A DNA stretch of 64,000 nucleotides, taken from contig CM000154.2 of the NCBI GenBank assembly GCA_000004695.1, positions 4,448,001-4,512,000 on the forward strand, written 5' to 3'. Position 1 is the stretch's first letter. Every line of letters begins with the position of its first letter. Positions 12,222 through 37,527 of this stretch are shown in pieces. A program made the position numbers and the translations under genes. The stretch is from Dictyostelium discoideum. Its lineage: Eukaryota. The notes beneath the pieces are model-generated. The model searched no databases. It was not told where the DNA came from and was given only the letters and a program-made list of their open reading frames with translations.

Positions 12222-15200
12222 TTAATTATTTTTGTTTTTGTTATTACTATTATTTTTATTATTATTATTATTATTATTTTTGTTGTTGTTTTTAGCCGAT
12301 TTAATAATTTCAATTGATTGATTGATTTTATTATTTTGTAATTGTTGAATTGTGATAATATTATGACCTAATTGATTATCGATAAAATTCTTTAATTGTA
12401 CAATCACTAAACTATCCATACCATATTGCGAGAGTTGAAGGTCTTCATTGATTTTAGATTCATCAATCGATAATAATTCACTAATTTTATTTAAAATTGT
12501 TGAATGAATAATTTCATTATTAGCACCACTATTACCACTAGAGAAGGATTTAATTCGATTTGATTTTTTAACAATATTAATTTGATAATCAAATTTTGAA
12601 TGGTATTGATTTGTTAAAGTTGGTGTTAAAACTTCAAAATTGAAATCTGATAAACAGTAATTTGGATATTGATGTTGATTTTGAATGAATAAATCTAATG
12701 AACTAATAACGAGTTGAGGTGAGAATAAATTTACAATTGAACTCTTAAACATTGTTTCAATTGCATTATTACGCGATACAAAACCGGTTGATGATATCGC
12801 ACCTAAATTAATGGCTAAAGATGGTAATCCAATTGAATGTCTATACTTTGATAATGAATCGATAACACTACATGCACTAACATAACAACATTGTTGGTCT
12901 GATCCAAATATTGAGACTACTGATGATGCCATTATAAATTGTTTGATATTCCATGAACGATTAATTGATTGATTGTGAAGATTAATTGCTCCAATCGTTT
13001 TAGCACCATGTGCATTATTTAAACGATTCATATCGACTTGTTGAACATCACCAATGTCTATCATAAATGCAAAATGAATGATTGAATCAATATTTGTAAT
13101 ATTTTCATTTAATTCTAATTGGTTCAATACTTGATTAACTTTATTTGAATCTTCAATATCGATTTGATTGAAATGGAATTTAATATTATTATCTTTTTTA
13201 AATTTGCTTTGATTGATTAATAATTTTAATTCCCATTTTAATTTTGATTTTGAAAGTATTATTATATTTTCAATTGAATGGTTTGAATATTTGATTAAAT
13301 ATTTTAATATTTCTAAAACAATACCAGTTTGACCAGTGAGTAAAATATTTTTACCAATATTTAATTTTGAAATATCATATGAATGTTTCATTATGATTTG
13401 ATTGTTATTACTTTGATAATTATTATAAACTCTATTAAATTCATCTTGATTATGATTAACAATGATTTTACCAATATGTTTTCTTTGATTTATATATTCA
13501 ATTGCATCTTTAAATTGATTATTTGAATATTCAATGATTGGTACACTTAACTCTAATTTATTTGAATTAATCATTTTGATAATTTTCTTTAAATATCTTT
13601 TGATTAATTTACTTGGGAAATCTTCGATATCCACATTACCATAGTTCATATTAAATTTGTAATGATTGTTTGTCATATAATCATTTGGTGTGAGATGAGT
13701 GATACTTAAATCAACGATACGTCCTGATAAATTTAAACATTGGAAATTTGAATCCATATACTCTGATGATAATGTATTTAATATTAAATCTACACCTTGT
13801 TGATGTTGTTCGACTACACCTAATTCTATTAATTTATTCTTAATTTCATAAACATAATCTTTATTACGAGATGAATAGATAGCAGTAATTAATGATCCAT
13901 ATTTATTTATTAAGTATTCTTCTTTATCTTTTGAACCAACTGTTAAAAATATATAACCTTGATGTTGTTTACTTTTTAATAAATCTAAAGATGATATACC
14001 AATACCACCTGCTGCTGAATGAATTAAAATTGATTCATTTGATTTTAAATTACCAATACTATAGATACTATGTAATGTTGTAATATAAATAGATGGTATT
14101 GAGGCTGAAACTGAATGACTACAATTTAATGGTTTATAATAAATAGAATTGAAATCTATAATAACATGTGAACTATTTGTTTTTGAACCGAAACCACAAA
14201 CTTGATCACCAACTTTAAATTTCTTTACATTACTACCTAATCTTGTAATTATACCACTAAAGTCATTACCAATTTTTGGATTATCAATACCAATACCATA
14301 TTCAATTTCTTTACCATATTTAATATCTAAATCTGAACCAATCATACCAATATACATTAAATAGTCTTTATAATTTATACCAGTTGCTTTAACTTCTATC
14401 TCTACTTCATTTGAATTTAATTCATCTTTTTTACTATATAATTGATATTCTATATTTGAATTTAATTGAATATATAAATTATCTTTATTGGTTTCAAATG
14501 ATTCAGATTGGAATTTACTTTTTATATTATTTGATCTTCTACAGTATCTTTCATAGTATACTTTATTATTATTAATTGTAAATTCTTTTTGAATATTATT
14601 ATTTGGATTGATTAAATAATTGATTAATGATAATTGTTGATTATTTTCAATTGAAACATTATCATAATTTAAAATATATAAATCTAATTGTGGGAATTCA
14701 ACGAAATAACGAGCAGCACCAATAATTGATGATGATAAATAATTATCAGTGGTTGAATTTAATGATAATAATAAATGTTTGAAATTATTTGATAATTCTA
14801 ATTTTAATATTAATTGATTAATTTGAATGTATTCAAATGTGATTTCTTTGAAATTTGAAGTATTCATTGTTGATTCAATTGATTTTAAAAATATTATTAA
14901 TGATTTATTACAATTATCTTTATTTTGATTATTTGTAATCCATGATTGAAATTCATTATAATTATTAATATTAATGATTTTATGTTTTAATTCTTGATTT
15001 AATCTTATTAAATCAAGAATACTACTGCTGCAACTATTTCTATTTTTATTATTACTAAATAAAATGATATTATTGAAAGAATTTAATTGATCTAATGATA
15101 TTGATTGTTCTGAAATGATTTCATTAATTGTTGGTTTTCTAGTTTGAATTAAAAATAGTAAATTATCATTACCAGACATTATTGTATCTCTATAATTACA

Positions 15201-18200
15201 TTGACTCAAAAGGTTAACCCATTTCTCTTGTTTCATACAACATCTATCAGGTCTTAATTCGATATCACCATCAGAGGATGGCCACCATTGTGAAAAACAA
15301 CCGAATATCGAATCAAAATAAAATGATTTGTATGGTGGTTCTATATATAAAAGTTGACCATTTGGTGTTAATATATTATGAATTTCATTTAATGTTGGTT
15401 TGAGTTTCTTAACGACATGCATAACATTTGACATTACAACGAAATCATAATAGGATGCTTTAAGATCTTGATCTAATAATGGTTTCTCTAAATCTAATAC
15501 ACGATAGATAATATTTAAATTGTTATGATTTGTAAATGATGAGAACTTTTCTTTAATTTCAGCGAAAAATGATGCAGATACATCACTCCATGTAAATTCT
15601 ATATTAATGATTGATGTTGTACTATTATCATTTAATAATTTACAAATCTTTTCTAAAATTAATAAACTAAGACTACCAGTACCACCACCTGCTTCTAATA
15701 TACGAAATACAATTGGTTCATTTAAAATTGGTTTTAGAGTTTCAACTATAATTTCACTTAATAAATTATTCAATGGTTGAACTACTCTTGAATTCTTATA
15801 AAAGTCATCTAAAAAACCACTTTCAAATAATGATTGTGGTGTATCTGTAATAGAATCATCATCTTTTAATGGGAATAACTGTTTTGCCATTATTTTAGTT
15901 GTTCTAATAAATATCTTTTCAATTTTTGGCTTAATATTACTTTGATTATTGTCATGGTTAAGAATATTACTATATCTCTTTAAATTTTCAAAAATGAATT
16001 TGAAAAGATTTTCATTTACTAAACTATTATAATATAATTGTTTAAATTGATTATATTCTAATGTTGTTAATGATTCTAAATTAATACTTGGACATCTATT
16101 ATTAATGTGTTTATAAAATAATGACAATAATAATTCATTTGAAATAAATTGATTATCTTCTTCGTTGACACTAAATTCATCCACACTATATAAATGTTTG
16201 AATTGTTCAGGTTTATTAACTACTGAATCTTTTGATTGAAGATATGGTGTATAAATATCATTTAATGGTGGTTTACAAATTATAGTACTATCAGGATTGG
16301 AGCCAAGTGAAACTAAAGCGCAAACTACATTTGAGATATCAACTAATAATGTACCATTTGGAAGTATGATTTTGACTGATATTGAATATGTTTGATAATT
16401 GGTTCTAGGTTTAATATCTGAAAAAACATATAATTCTTTAATATCATCATTATTGTTGTTTTCATTTAATGATGGAATATTTGAAAAGTAATATTTGAAA
16501 CCTTCAATTCTATCAAGTACGACTGGTTGTGTAACTGCAACTAATGACCCATGTAAACAAGTATCTAAAATTGCTGTATTTAAGAATTTATTCATATTGC
16601 TATTGTTGATTAAATGATTATATTCTTTTTGATTATAAATTTCATTTAATGATACTATTGATAATGAACAATTATTACCGATATAACATTGTTTTACACC
16701 TTGAAATAAACCTTTGTATGTTAAATTTGTTTTAATTCGAATAGTTTCATAAAAATCTTGTTTTGATATGCTTGTAAAATTACATTTATCTTTTAATGAT
16801 TGAATATTAATTAATTTGTTACTGATGATACTGTTATGTTTGGTTAAATTAAAATTACCAAGAGATGATAATATCCATTGATTTGTTTTTTGATCTTTAT
16901 AATGACTTTTAATATTGAATTCATTCTTTGATAGTGGTGCAATTGTAGTTTGTAAACATTGATTATTACCTTCTGTTAATACCAATGGTGATTTAAATTC
17001 TAATGAGCTAATTGTAATATCTTGATTTGGATAAATTGATAATAAATTGTGAACATATCCCATTCCTGGATAATAGAATTTATCACTAACTTGATGACCT
17101 TTTAACCATTGGAATGGAGATTTCTTGATATCGATAAATGTTTGATATGATGGATATGGTGAATCTGTATTATTGCCAAGACTATGAATGGATGGACCTT
17201 CACTTTTAATCTTTTCATGAAATGAAGCAATTTTAAAGTATTCTTTATCATCCCATTGGTAAAGTGGTAAATTATTTAATTTGGTTGTGTTACTAATGTT
17301 GTTGTTGTCATTGATTAATTGTGATTTGAAATTAATATCAAAATTATTATTGACATATAATAAAGAGATTGTCTTTAAGAATTCATTATAATCATTCTTC
17401 TTTTTATTTAATGGTGAATAGATTGTAATGTTTTTACCATTATTAAAGTAACTTGATTGAGTTGATTTCATTTGATTTAAGTAATATTGTAATGTTGGAT
17501 GTGGTGAAACTTCAATGAATGTAATTTCATTACCCATATCATTTGATTCGATATGTTTATAAAGATTTGTTATTGTTTGTGTGAAACGAACTGGTTGGCG
17601 AATATTTTCAAATGCATAATCTGCATTGAATGGCAAGCTTTGATGATTGAATAAATTGGTTGTAACTGTTGAAAATACTGCTATCGATGGTTGTTTTGAT
17701 GAAATATTTAATGAACATACTTCATCTTTAATCATTTGTTGACTTGATGTATGAAATGATGATAATAATCCTAACATTGTACAAAAGATATTATTTGATT
17801 TGAATTCATTGGTAATTTCATTTAATAAGTCTTCTCTACCTGCGATAACGATTGATGTTGGTGAATTGTAACATGCAATTTCTAATGATTCATATTTAGT
17901 TGTAGATTGATAGTTATTAATGAATTCATCTGAACTAATATTAACTGATAACATTCTACCTGTACCTGTGGTTCTATTTTGAGCTACTGATCTATGGTAA
18001 ATCAAGTAGCATAATGTTTGAAAATCAATCATACCTGAACAATATGGTGATGATACTTCACCAAGAGAATGACCAATGATAATATCTGCTGAAACGCCCC
18101 AATGTTTATATAATTCATAGAGTGATACTTGAATGATAACATTTGCAGGTTGTGCTAAAATTGGTTGATGAATTGATATTAAATCTTTATCATCAATTGA

Positions 18201-20561
18201 TCTTAATTTATCTAAAACTGAATAACCATAATATTTGAATAACTCTTTATCGAATCTATTGACAGATTCTCTAAATATTGGTTCATTATCATATAATGAT
18301 AATGCCATTTTATTATATTGTGAACCTTGGCCACATAATACCATTACCGTGATTGGCGATTTCTTTTTTTCAACTGTAATATTTGAAATTAAATTATCAC
18401 TATTTTCTAATTTGATTTGATTATTTTCATCTTGAAATTCATTCCAATCACTTGCGATTATAACTGATTTTTGAATTAATGATGTTGATTTGAATTTAAT
18501 TTGATTGTGTACCAATTCTTTGAAACTTGTTGTGGTTGTTGGCGATGAGTTTGAATTTGAAAGTTTAATTATTGATGATTTATAATTATTTAATGATGTT
18601 GATGAATTGCTTGAGAGTGGTATTAAATATTTCTTTTTTTCATTAACTTTACTATCAATTTCAATTTTGTGATATTCATTTTCATAACGATTATGATGAT
18701 TTTTTTTTAATTCAGATAATATTAAACAAACATTTGAACCTAAATTAAAATTGATAGTTTTAAATTATTAATATAAGTTATTTGGAATCATTAATGATGT
18801 ATATTTACCAGTTATACCGAAATTATTAACTAACATGACAGTTGATTTATTTTCATTAAATTTAATTGGTTCAGTGACAACTTTTAATCCCCATTCTTTA
18901 AAATTAATTAATGGATTTGGTTCTTTGAAATTAATATTTTGAAGAAATAGTTTATTTTTAAACATTAAACAACATTTAATTAATGATGCAACTCCTGAAC
19001 ATGCTGTTATTATTTATTATTATGAAAAATATTTAATGTTAGTAATGATTTATAGCTCTAAAGTTAATTAATTAACTTACCTTCAAGATGTCCAATATTT
19101 GATTTAATTGATCCAACTAAAACTTGTTTATTATTATTTATTGTTGTTGATGGTATTTTAGCACTATTGAAAACTCTTGAAATACCTTCTAATTCTATTG
19201 GATCACCAGTTGGAGTACCAGTACCATGAGTTTCACAATAATCAATATCAGATTCATTGATTTGACCATTGGTTGATTTGATTGCTAATTTGATATTTTC
19301 ACACTGAGATGATTTTGATGGTGAATAAAAGTTTAATTTATCAAAGTTACCATCGATATTTGAACTTGATCCTTTGATTACACAATAGATATTATTTGAA
19401 TCTTTGATTGCATCTTTTAATTTCTTTAATACAACGATACCAACACCTTCTGAACGAACAAAACCATCAGCATCTGATGAAAATGTATGACATTTACCTG
19501 TTGGACTTAACATATCTAATTGGGTGAACGATTTTGAAATGTGTGGGTCTATAAATAAAATTTTTTTGATAATTAATATATAATTCTAAAATTTTCTTTT
19601 TTTTTTTTTCAAATTTATCACATACCTAATATAATATTAACACCACCAACGATTGAAACATTTGATCTATTTGTTTTAATTGAATTATATCCACAATTAA
19701 TTGCATTTGATGAACTTGAGCAAGCTGTATCAATTGTTAAATTTTCACCTCTATTTTTAAAATAACAATTAGTATTTAAGTTTTATTCTTCCAAAAAAGA
19801 TAAATCAAAACATACCTAAAATCAAAGCAATAACCAATTCTATTTGCAATTGAATGAGTTGATGAACCAAAAATATTATTTTGAGTTTCAGATGGTGATC
19901 TTTGAAGATTATAATAATCAATAGTACTATTACCAATAAATGTACTTGTATTGGTACCACGTAAACTAATTGGATCAATACCACTATCTTCTAATGCTTC
20001 CCATACACCTGCATGTTTGTTAATTTTATTTTAAAAAACATTATTAATGGGTAAATAAATAAATAAATAAAATAAATAAATAAATAAATAAATAAAAGAA
20101 AAAAAAAATTTTGGTGGGTTCATTTTTTTTATTATTTATTTTTGGCCAAACCTGATGAAAATTTCCAAAACACTTAATAAATACATACATTTTAATAATA
20201 ATCTTTGTTGTGGGTCTATTGAACTGACATTATCATAAGTTTGATTAATTGCAAAGAAGATTGGATCAAATTGTTTCCATTCATCAAGTGGAAGTAAACC
20301 AGCAAACTTTGAAACGATTTCACCATTTAAATAATAATTATCAGACCATCTTTCAGAAGTTGAAACGATTCCATCCAATCCATTCAATAATTCATTAAAT
20401 AATTGATTTGGTTTTGAAATTGATTCTTTTAAATTACCACTTGGAAATCTTAAACCAATACCAATCACTGCAACATCACCATCATCATTTCTATCAACAT
20501 CATCATCATCATTTCTATCCCTTATTAATTTATTATTATTATTATCTATATTTTGTGTCAT
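12222..20561 (-). CDS. Type I polyketide synthase, copy B (KS-AT-DH-cMT-ER-KR-ACP), lacks the terminal reductase domain; 6 exons, about 2623 aa
   Basis: Exons: 20561..20189, 20008..19816, 19750..19626, 19548..19081, 19003..18809, 18739..12222. Exon lengths (373/193/125/468/195) match copies A and C. The large exon is near-identical to A and C through the ACP, then stops (TAA at 12222-12224) inside the poly-Asn linker (...[25 protein letters not shown]). In A and C this linker connects ACP to the R domain. Sequence 3' of the stop (12221..11650) has no similarity to the R domain or last exon. Confidence 0.85.
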
Positions 20562-20574
20562 TTTCTCTTTTTAC

Positions 20575-20695
20575 AAATAAATAAAATAAAATAAAATAAA
20601 ATAAAATAAAATAAAATAAAATAAAATAGAATAAAATAGAATAAAATAGAATAAAATAGAATAAAATAGAATAAAATAAAATAAAATAAATAAAT
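20575..20695. repeat. (AATAAAATAG/AATAAAAT)n minisatellite immediately upstream of the PKS-B ATG
   Basis: Tandem ataaaataaa / ataaaataga units. Confidence 0.8.
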
Positions 20696-21574
20696 AAATT
20701 TGATATTTAAATAATAGAAATAAAAAAAAAAATTAAATAAAAAATTTGATGACGTTTATAGTTTTTGAAAAAATAAAAATAAAAAAAAGGTTAGATTGTT
20801 TGGATATTACTTTCAACACAAATAATTAATTTTAATTTTTGTTTTTTTTTTATTTGACCCAAAATTATGTTTTTTTTTATTTTTTTTTATTTTTTTTTTT
20901 TAAAATCTGGTGACTCTATATAAAAAACTATTTAATAGATTTAACTTAATGTATAGTTTGCTTTTGTGTTTGTAAATTTAGAAAAAAAAAAAAAAAATGA
21001 AATGTTGCAACTTTTTTATTTTTTTTGTTTCTATTTGATATCTCTTTTTTGTTATATGTTTACTTTACGAATTTATTACAGAAAAAATATAAATACATTC
21101 ATCTAAAATATAAATGCATTAATCTAAAATTTACATTTTTTCTGAAATCTAAAATTTTATACATTCATCTAAAATATGATTTTTTATTTCAGAAAGTGAT
21201 ACCTTTTGGTCACATATTTTACATGGCACAACTATTGGTGAAAGTTTACTCATTTCAGTCATTTTTAAATTTAAAGATAAAATATATATGTATTAGACAA
21301 AAAAAAAAAAATTAAAAAAATTTATATGAGACTCCTTATTATGTTTTATAAATTTTAATACGACAACAATTTCGACAAAAAAAACATTTTTTTTTCAAAA
21401 AAAAAACTTTTTTTTTCTGAAAATATTACACCCAGACACAAAAAATTAATTTTTCACCACTTTAATGCTGAAATTTTTACACCCTTAATTAGATTATAAC
21501 TTTTTTTTTTTTTTTAATTTATTGTTTTTATTTTTATTTTTGTTTTTATTTTTGTTTTTAAAATTAAATAATAA

Positions 21575-21890
21575 AAAAACAGTTTATTGAAATCAAGATG
21601 TTGAAGTATATTACAAAAGGTACAATGGTCATTTTTTTATTTTGGTTTTTTTTTTAAAATTAAAATAAAATAAAATTAAACAGTTTTCAAAAAATAAATT
21701 AAAAAAACTTTTTTTTAAACTGTTTTCAAGTGCGTTTTTAGAAATAAAAAAAGTTTTTTAATTATTAATAAAGAAAAAAAAAAAAAAAATTTGGTGGTTT
21801 TTTTTTTTTTAATAGAAGGTTAAAATTATTTTAACCCACTTCCCCAAAATTTAAATATATCAATTTGTTTTTAACAAAAACATTATTGGT
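21575..21890. promoter_or_regulatory. Third copy of the distal about-300-bp upstream module (contains TTTGGTGG), here in the divergent PKS-B / P450 intergenic region
   Basis: It shares acagtttattg, aaactgtttt, caagtg(c/t)gttt(a)tttttagaaataa(t)aaaaagttt, aaaaaatttggtggtt and ttaaa(a)ttattttaacccacttcccc with 11281..11595 and 34670..34997. It lies about 90-400 bp upstream of the P450 ATG. Confidence 0.5.
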
Positions 21891-21975
21891 TTTTTTATTT
21901 CATAATTTAAATAGTTTTTTTTTAAAAAAACTTTAATATAAAAGATTCTCAATTTATATATTTTATAATATTACA

Positions 21976-23730
21976 ATGAATACAATATTTACAATTATTT
22001 TAACAATTACAATATTAGTATTATCATTAATATTAAAAGTAAAATTTTAAAATATTATATATATTATTGACTATTAAAAATTAAACACTTACTTATACTT
22101 TTATTTTTTTAAATAGGATTTATTATTTGAAGGTAGGATTAAAAAAATTAATAAATTAATACCTGGTCCTTCTACAATTCCAGTTTTTGGTAATTTATTA
22201 CAAATTAACGCAAAAGATTTCCCAAAAAGTGTAAATGATTTCTATGAAAGATATGGCAAAGTTTTTAGATTAAGATTGGGTAGTGTTGAAATTGTTGTTC
22301 TAACTGGACCTGAAGTTATTGATGAATGTTTTAATAAAAAACATAGAGAAATTTTCAAAGAAAGATATATTAAATTCTCAAGATTTTTGGGTAAAGATTA
22401 TAATATTTTTTCTTCAAATGGTGATTATCATTATGTTCTAAGAGGAATTCTTACAAGTGAAATTACAACAAGAAAGTTAAATAATGGCAGATTAGAATCA
22501 AATAAATTTATTTTAGAAATGTTTAGTAATCTTTGTAAAGATAATAAAGAAACTCTTGTTAAAAATACACCAAATCAAATTAGGATTCTTGCTGTTAAAT
22601 TAATATTAAATTTCACATTAGGAATTGAAGAGAATGACGAAACCATTCTAATCATTGTAGAAAAGATTAAATGCATTTTTGAAGCTGCTGGATTATTAAT
22701 TTACTCTGATTATTTACCATTTTTATTTCCATTAGATATAAAATCAATGTCAAAGAATGATATTATTTCTAGTTACTTTTTTATAAAAGATTTTATAGGT
22801 ATAAAACTTGATGCTATTAAAATTAAATATGAAAAAGAAAATGAATTGAAAAATGAAACTACTGATGAAACATCTTCAAAACTAAACAATATTCCAATTA
22901 TTGAGAATTATTATAAAAATTATTTAGATGGTTCAATTCATTATGATTCAATCTTGTTTTCAATTTCTGATATTATTTTTGCAGCAGTTGATTCAACATC
23001 CAATGGGTTTAGTCTTTTAATTGGTCAATTAATTAATAAACCTGAAATTCAAGATAAAATATATGAAGAAATCATGAGAAATGATGAAAATAATAATACA
23101 AATAATATATCATTTGCTGATCATACAAAATATCCATATATTATTTCTGTAATGAATGGTAATTATCCATATATATATATATATATTGGTATTAATATGT
23201 GTTGATATATTTTTTCAAAAAATAAATTTTGTATTAATTTGAATAATAGAATCATATAGATATAATTCTTCAGTACCAATAACTGAACCGAATAAAACAA
23301 CAGAAGATGTTGAAGTAAATGGATATAAAATTGCAAAAGGTACAATGATAATTAAAAATCTTCGTGGTACACATTTATCAAAAGAGTTTTGGGGTGAAGA
23401 TGCTTTAGAATTTAAACCAGAAAGATTTAAAAATCAACCTTTAAATCAAAAAGGACTTTTTCATTTTGGTGCAGGTATGTTTTAAACTATTTTGAAATGG
23501 GAATCAAAATTTATCACTAATACAATAATAAATATTATTTTATTTAAACAGGAGCTAGAGCTTGTCCAGGAGGAAGATTTACAGAATCTTTTACTTTTAC
23601 TTTTTTGGTGATAATGTTAAAGAATTTTAAAATAGTCAATCCAACTGATATTCCAATTGATGTTGAAGGAGAAGTTGGTTTGGCAATGCAATGTAAACCT
23701 TTTGATGCCTTATTCATAAAACGTAATTAA
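21976..23730 (+). CDS. Cytochrome P450 monooxygenase, 4 exons
   Basis: Exons approx 21976..22038 (MNTIFTIILTITILVLSLILK membrane anchor), 22117..23158 (IPGPSTIPVFGNLLQI..., ORF 22276..23205), 23249..23474, 23552..23730. The spliced product carries the heme-binding signature FHFGAG/GARACPGGRF across the exon 3-4 junction and ends ...KPFDALFIKRN*. Transcribed divergently from PKS-B; the two ATGs are about 1.4 kb apart. Confidence 0.85.
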
Positions 23731-24162
23731 AAAAAAAAAAGAATATATTTTTTATTATTTTAATTATTGTTTTCATTTAAATGTAAATAAAAAAAAAAAA
23801 AAAAATAATATTTAATATATTTGTTTTTTAATTTGGTTTCTTTTATTGTTTTTTTTTATTATTGTTTTTTAATTATTTTTATCATTAATTTTTTTTTTTA
23901 TTGTATTTTTTTTAAGAATTATATTTTCAAGATGGTTATTTTATAATAAACCCAGATATTAATTAAGTGGTCACTTAAAATATTAAATAACCAGTTTGAA
24001 TGATTAAGATAGATCAATTACCTATCACTCATATTATATTTGATAACAAAAATAATAAACAATAAGTAATAATTTTATTGCAATCCTATATAGGATTTTG
24101 GTTTTATCTCTTTTTTATTATTATTAATCTTACTTTGATTAATCTTTTTATTTTATTTTATT

Positions 24163-34268
<10,106 letters not shown>

Positions 34269-34500
34269 TTTCTTTTTTCTTAATAAATAAATATAACAAA
34301 TTAAAATAAAATATAATAAAATAAATGTGATATTTAAAAATTAAAATTAATAGAAAAAAAATAAAAATTAAATTTTATTTTAAACTGTTTAACAATTTTT
34401 AGCTCACATCAAATGAAAATTAAAACTGATATTTTTAACAGTTTTGCTTACAAATTCAAAGAAGATCTGGGTGTGCTGATATTTATTTGGGAAAAATGAT

Positions 34501-34536
<36 letters not shown>

Positions 34537-35049
34537 AGATAGATTGCACAGGTATAGTTTAGATTTATTTATTTTTAATTTATATAAAATCAAAATCATA
34601 ATATAACCCCCACTCCCAACATTAATAATTAATTTTATTCTTATTTTAACAATTTTTTTTTTTTTCAGTTTAATATTTTCGTTGGAATTAATGATTGGTT
34701 TTAAAATTTATAAAAAAACAGTTTATAAATTTATTGCAACCACATTTGTACAATAATAATTTTATCTTTTTTTTAATTGGAAAATGGTTATCAAAATTCT
34801 AATAATGAATTTAATTTTTTCTGTTGTTTTAAAACGTTTCAAGTGTGTTTATTTTTGGAAATAATAAAAAGTTTATTAATTAATTAAAAAAAAAAAAAAA
34901 AAATTGGTGGTTGATTTTTTTTTTTTTTAAAAAAAAGATGTTAAATTTTAACCCACTTCCCCCATTTAAAGATCAATTTATTTTAACAAACAAAACTTTT
35001 TTTTTCAATATTTTTTTTTAATTTTATTTTTTATAAAAAATAGTCCCTG

Positions 35050-37527
35050 TTATTAATTAATTGTGATTTGAAATTCATATTTAAATTATTATTGACAAAT
35101 AATAAAGAGATTGTCTTTAAGAATTCATTATAATCATTCTTCTTTTTATTTAATGGTGAATAGATTGTAATGTTTTTACCATTTTTAAAGTAACTTGATT
35201 GAGTTGATTTCATTTGATTTAAGTAATATTGTAATGTTGGATGTGGTGAAACTTCAATGAATGTAATTTCATTACCCATATCATTTGATTCGATATGTAT
35301 ATAAAGATTTGATATTGTTTGTGTGAAACGAACTGGTTGGCGAATATTTTCAAATGTATTATCTGTATTCAATGGCAAGCTTTGATGATTGAATAAATTG
35401 GTTGTAACTGTTGAAAATACTGCTATCGATGGTTGTTTCGATGAAATATTTAATGAACATACTTCATCTTTAATCATTTGTTGACTTGATGTATGAAATG
35501 ATGATAATAATCCTAACATTGTACAAAAGATATTATTTGATTTGAATTCATTGGTAATTTCATTTAACAAGTCTTCTCTACCTGCGATAACGATTGATGT
35601 TGGTGAATTGTAACATGCAATTTCTAATGATTCATATTTAGCTTTAGATTGATATTTATTAATGAATTCATCTGAACTAATATTAAATGATAACATTCTA
35701 CCTGTACCTGTGGTTCTATTTTGAGCTACTGATCTATGATAAGTCAAGTAACATAATGTTTCAAAATCAATCATACCTGAACAATATGGTGATGATATTT
35801 CACCAAGAGAATGACCAATGATAATATCTGCTGAAACACCCCAATGTTTATATAATTCATAGAGTGATACTTGAATGATAACATTTGCAGGTTGTGCTAA
35901 AATTGGTTGATGAATTGATATTAAATCTTTATCACCAATTTATCTTAATTTATCTAAAACTGAATAACCATAATATTTGAATAACTCTTTATCGAATCTA
36001 TTGACAGATTCTCTAAATATTGGTTCATTATCATATAATGATAATGCCATTTTATTATATTGTGAACCTTGGCCACATAATACCATTACTGTGATTGGTG
36101 ATTTCTTTTTTTTCAACTGTAATATTTGAAATTAAATTATCATTATTTTCTAATTTGTCCAATATTTGATTTAATTGATCCAACTAAAACTTGTTTATTA
36201 TTATTTGTTGTTGTTGTTGTTGATGGTATTTTAGTATTATTGAAAACTCTTGATATACCTTCTAATTCTATTGGATCACCAGTTGGAGTACCAGTACCAT
36301 GAGTTTCACAATAATCAATATCAGATTCATTGATTTGACCATTGGTTGATTTGATTGCTAATTTGATATTTTCACACTGAGATGATTTTGATGGTGAATA
36401 AAAGTTTAATTTATCAAAGTTACCATCGATATTTGAACTTGATCCTTTGATTACACAATAGATATTATTTGAATCTTTGATTGCATCTTTTAATTTCTTT
36501 AATACAACGATATCAACACCTTCTGAACGAACAAAACCATCAGCATCCCATCAAAATGTATGAAATTTACCTGTTGGACTTAACATATCTAATTGGGTGG
36601 ATGATTTTGAAAGGTGTGGGTCTATAAATAAAAATTATTTGATAATTAATATATAATTCTAAATTTTTCTTTTTTTTTTCAAATTTATCACATACCTAAT
36701 ATAAAATTAACACCACCAACAATTGAAACATTTGATTTATTTGATTTAATTGAATTATATCCACAATTAATTACATTTGATGAACTTGAACAAGCTGTAT
36801 CAATTGTTAAATTTTCACCTCTATTTTTAAAATAACAATAAAGTTTTATTGTTCCAAAAAAGATAAATCAAAACATACCTAAAATCAAAGCAATAACCAA
36901 TTCTATTTGAGATGGAATTAGTTGATGAACCAAAAATATTATTTTGAGTTTCAAATGGTGATCTTTGAAGATTAGAATAATCAATAGTACTATTACCAAT
37001 AAATGTACTTGTATTGGTACCACGTAAACTAATTGGATCAATACCACTATCTTCTAATGCTTCCCATACACCTGCATGTTTTTTGATTTTATTTTAAAAA
37101 ACATTATAAATAAATAAATTAAATAAATAAATAAATAAATAAAAGAATTGAAAAAAAAAAATTTTGGTGGGTTCATTTTTTTTATTATTTATTTTTTTGG
37201 CCAAAAAACACTTAAAAAATACATACCTTTAATAATAATATTTGTTGTGGGTCTATTGAACTGACATTATCATAAGTTGGATTAATTGCAAAGAAGATTG
37301 GATCAAATTGTTTCCATTCATCAAGTGGAAGTAAACCAGCAAACTTTGAAACGATTTCACCATTTAAATAATAATTATCAGACCATCTTTCAGAATTTGT
37401 AACGATTCCATCCAATCCATTCAATAATTCATTTAATAATTGATTTGGTTTGGAGATCGATTCTTTTAAATTACCACTTGGAAATCTTAAACCAATACCA
37501 ATCACTGCAACATCACCATCATCATTT
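35050..37527 (-). pseudogene. Decayed PKS fragment (KS exons 1-4 plus part of the AT region) with an internal deletion, in-frame stops and a truncated 5' end
   Basis: ORFs 37212..37505 ([13 protein letters not shown]... KS N-terminus, truncated upstream of DDGDVAV) and 35031..35774 (AT-domain segment). Exon 2/3/4 homologs lie at about 37075-36165. Exon 4 carries a stop (...PTGKFHTF*WDAD, about 36545). At about 36164 the exon-4 homolog is fused directly to sequence from the start of the AT region; exon 5 and the 5' part of exon 6 are deleted. The AT part has a stop (DKLR*IGDKDL, about 35940). The 3' end is joined abruptly at about 35050 to the conserved PKS upstream block (aaaaatagtccct|gttatt...). 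Confidence 0.8.
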
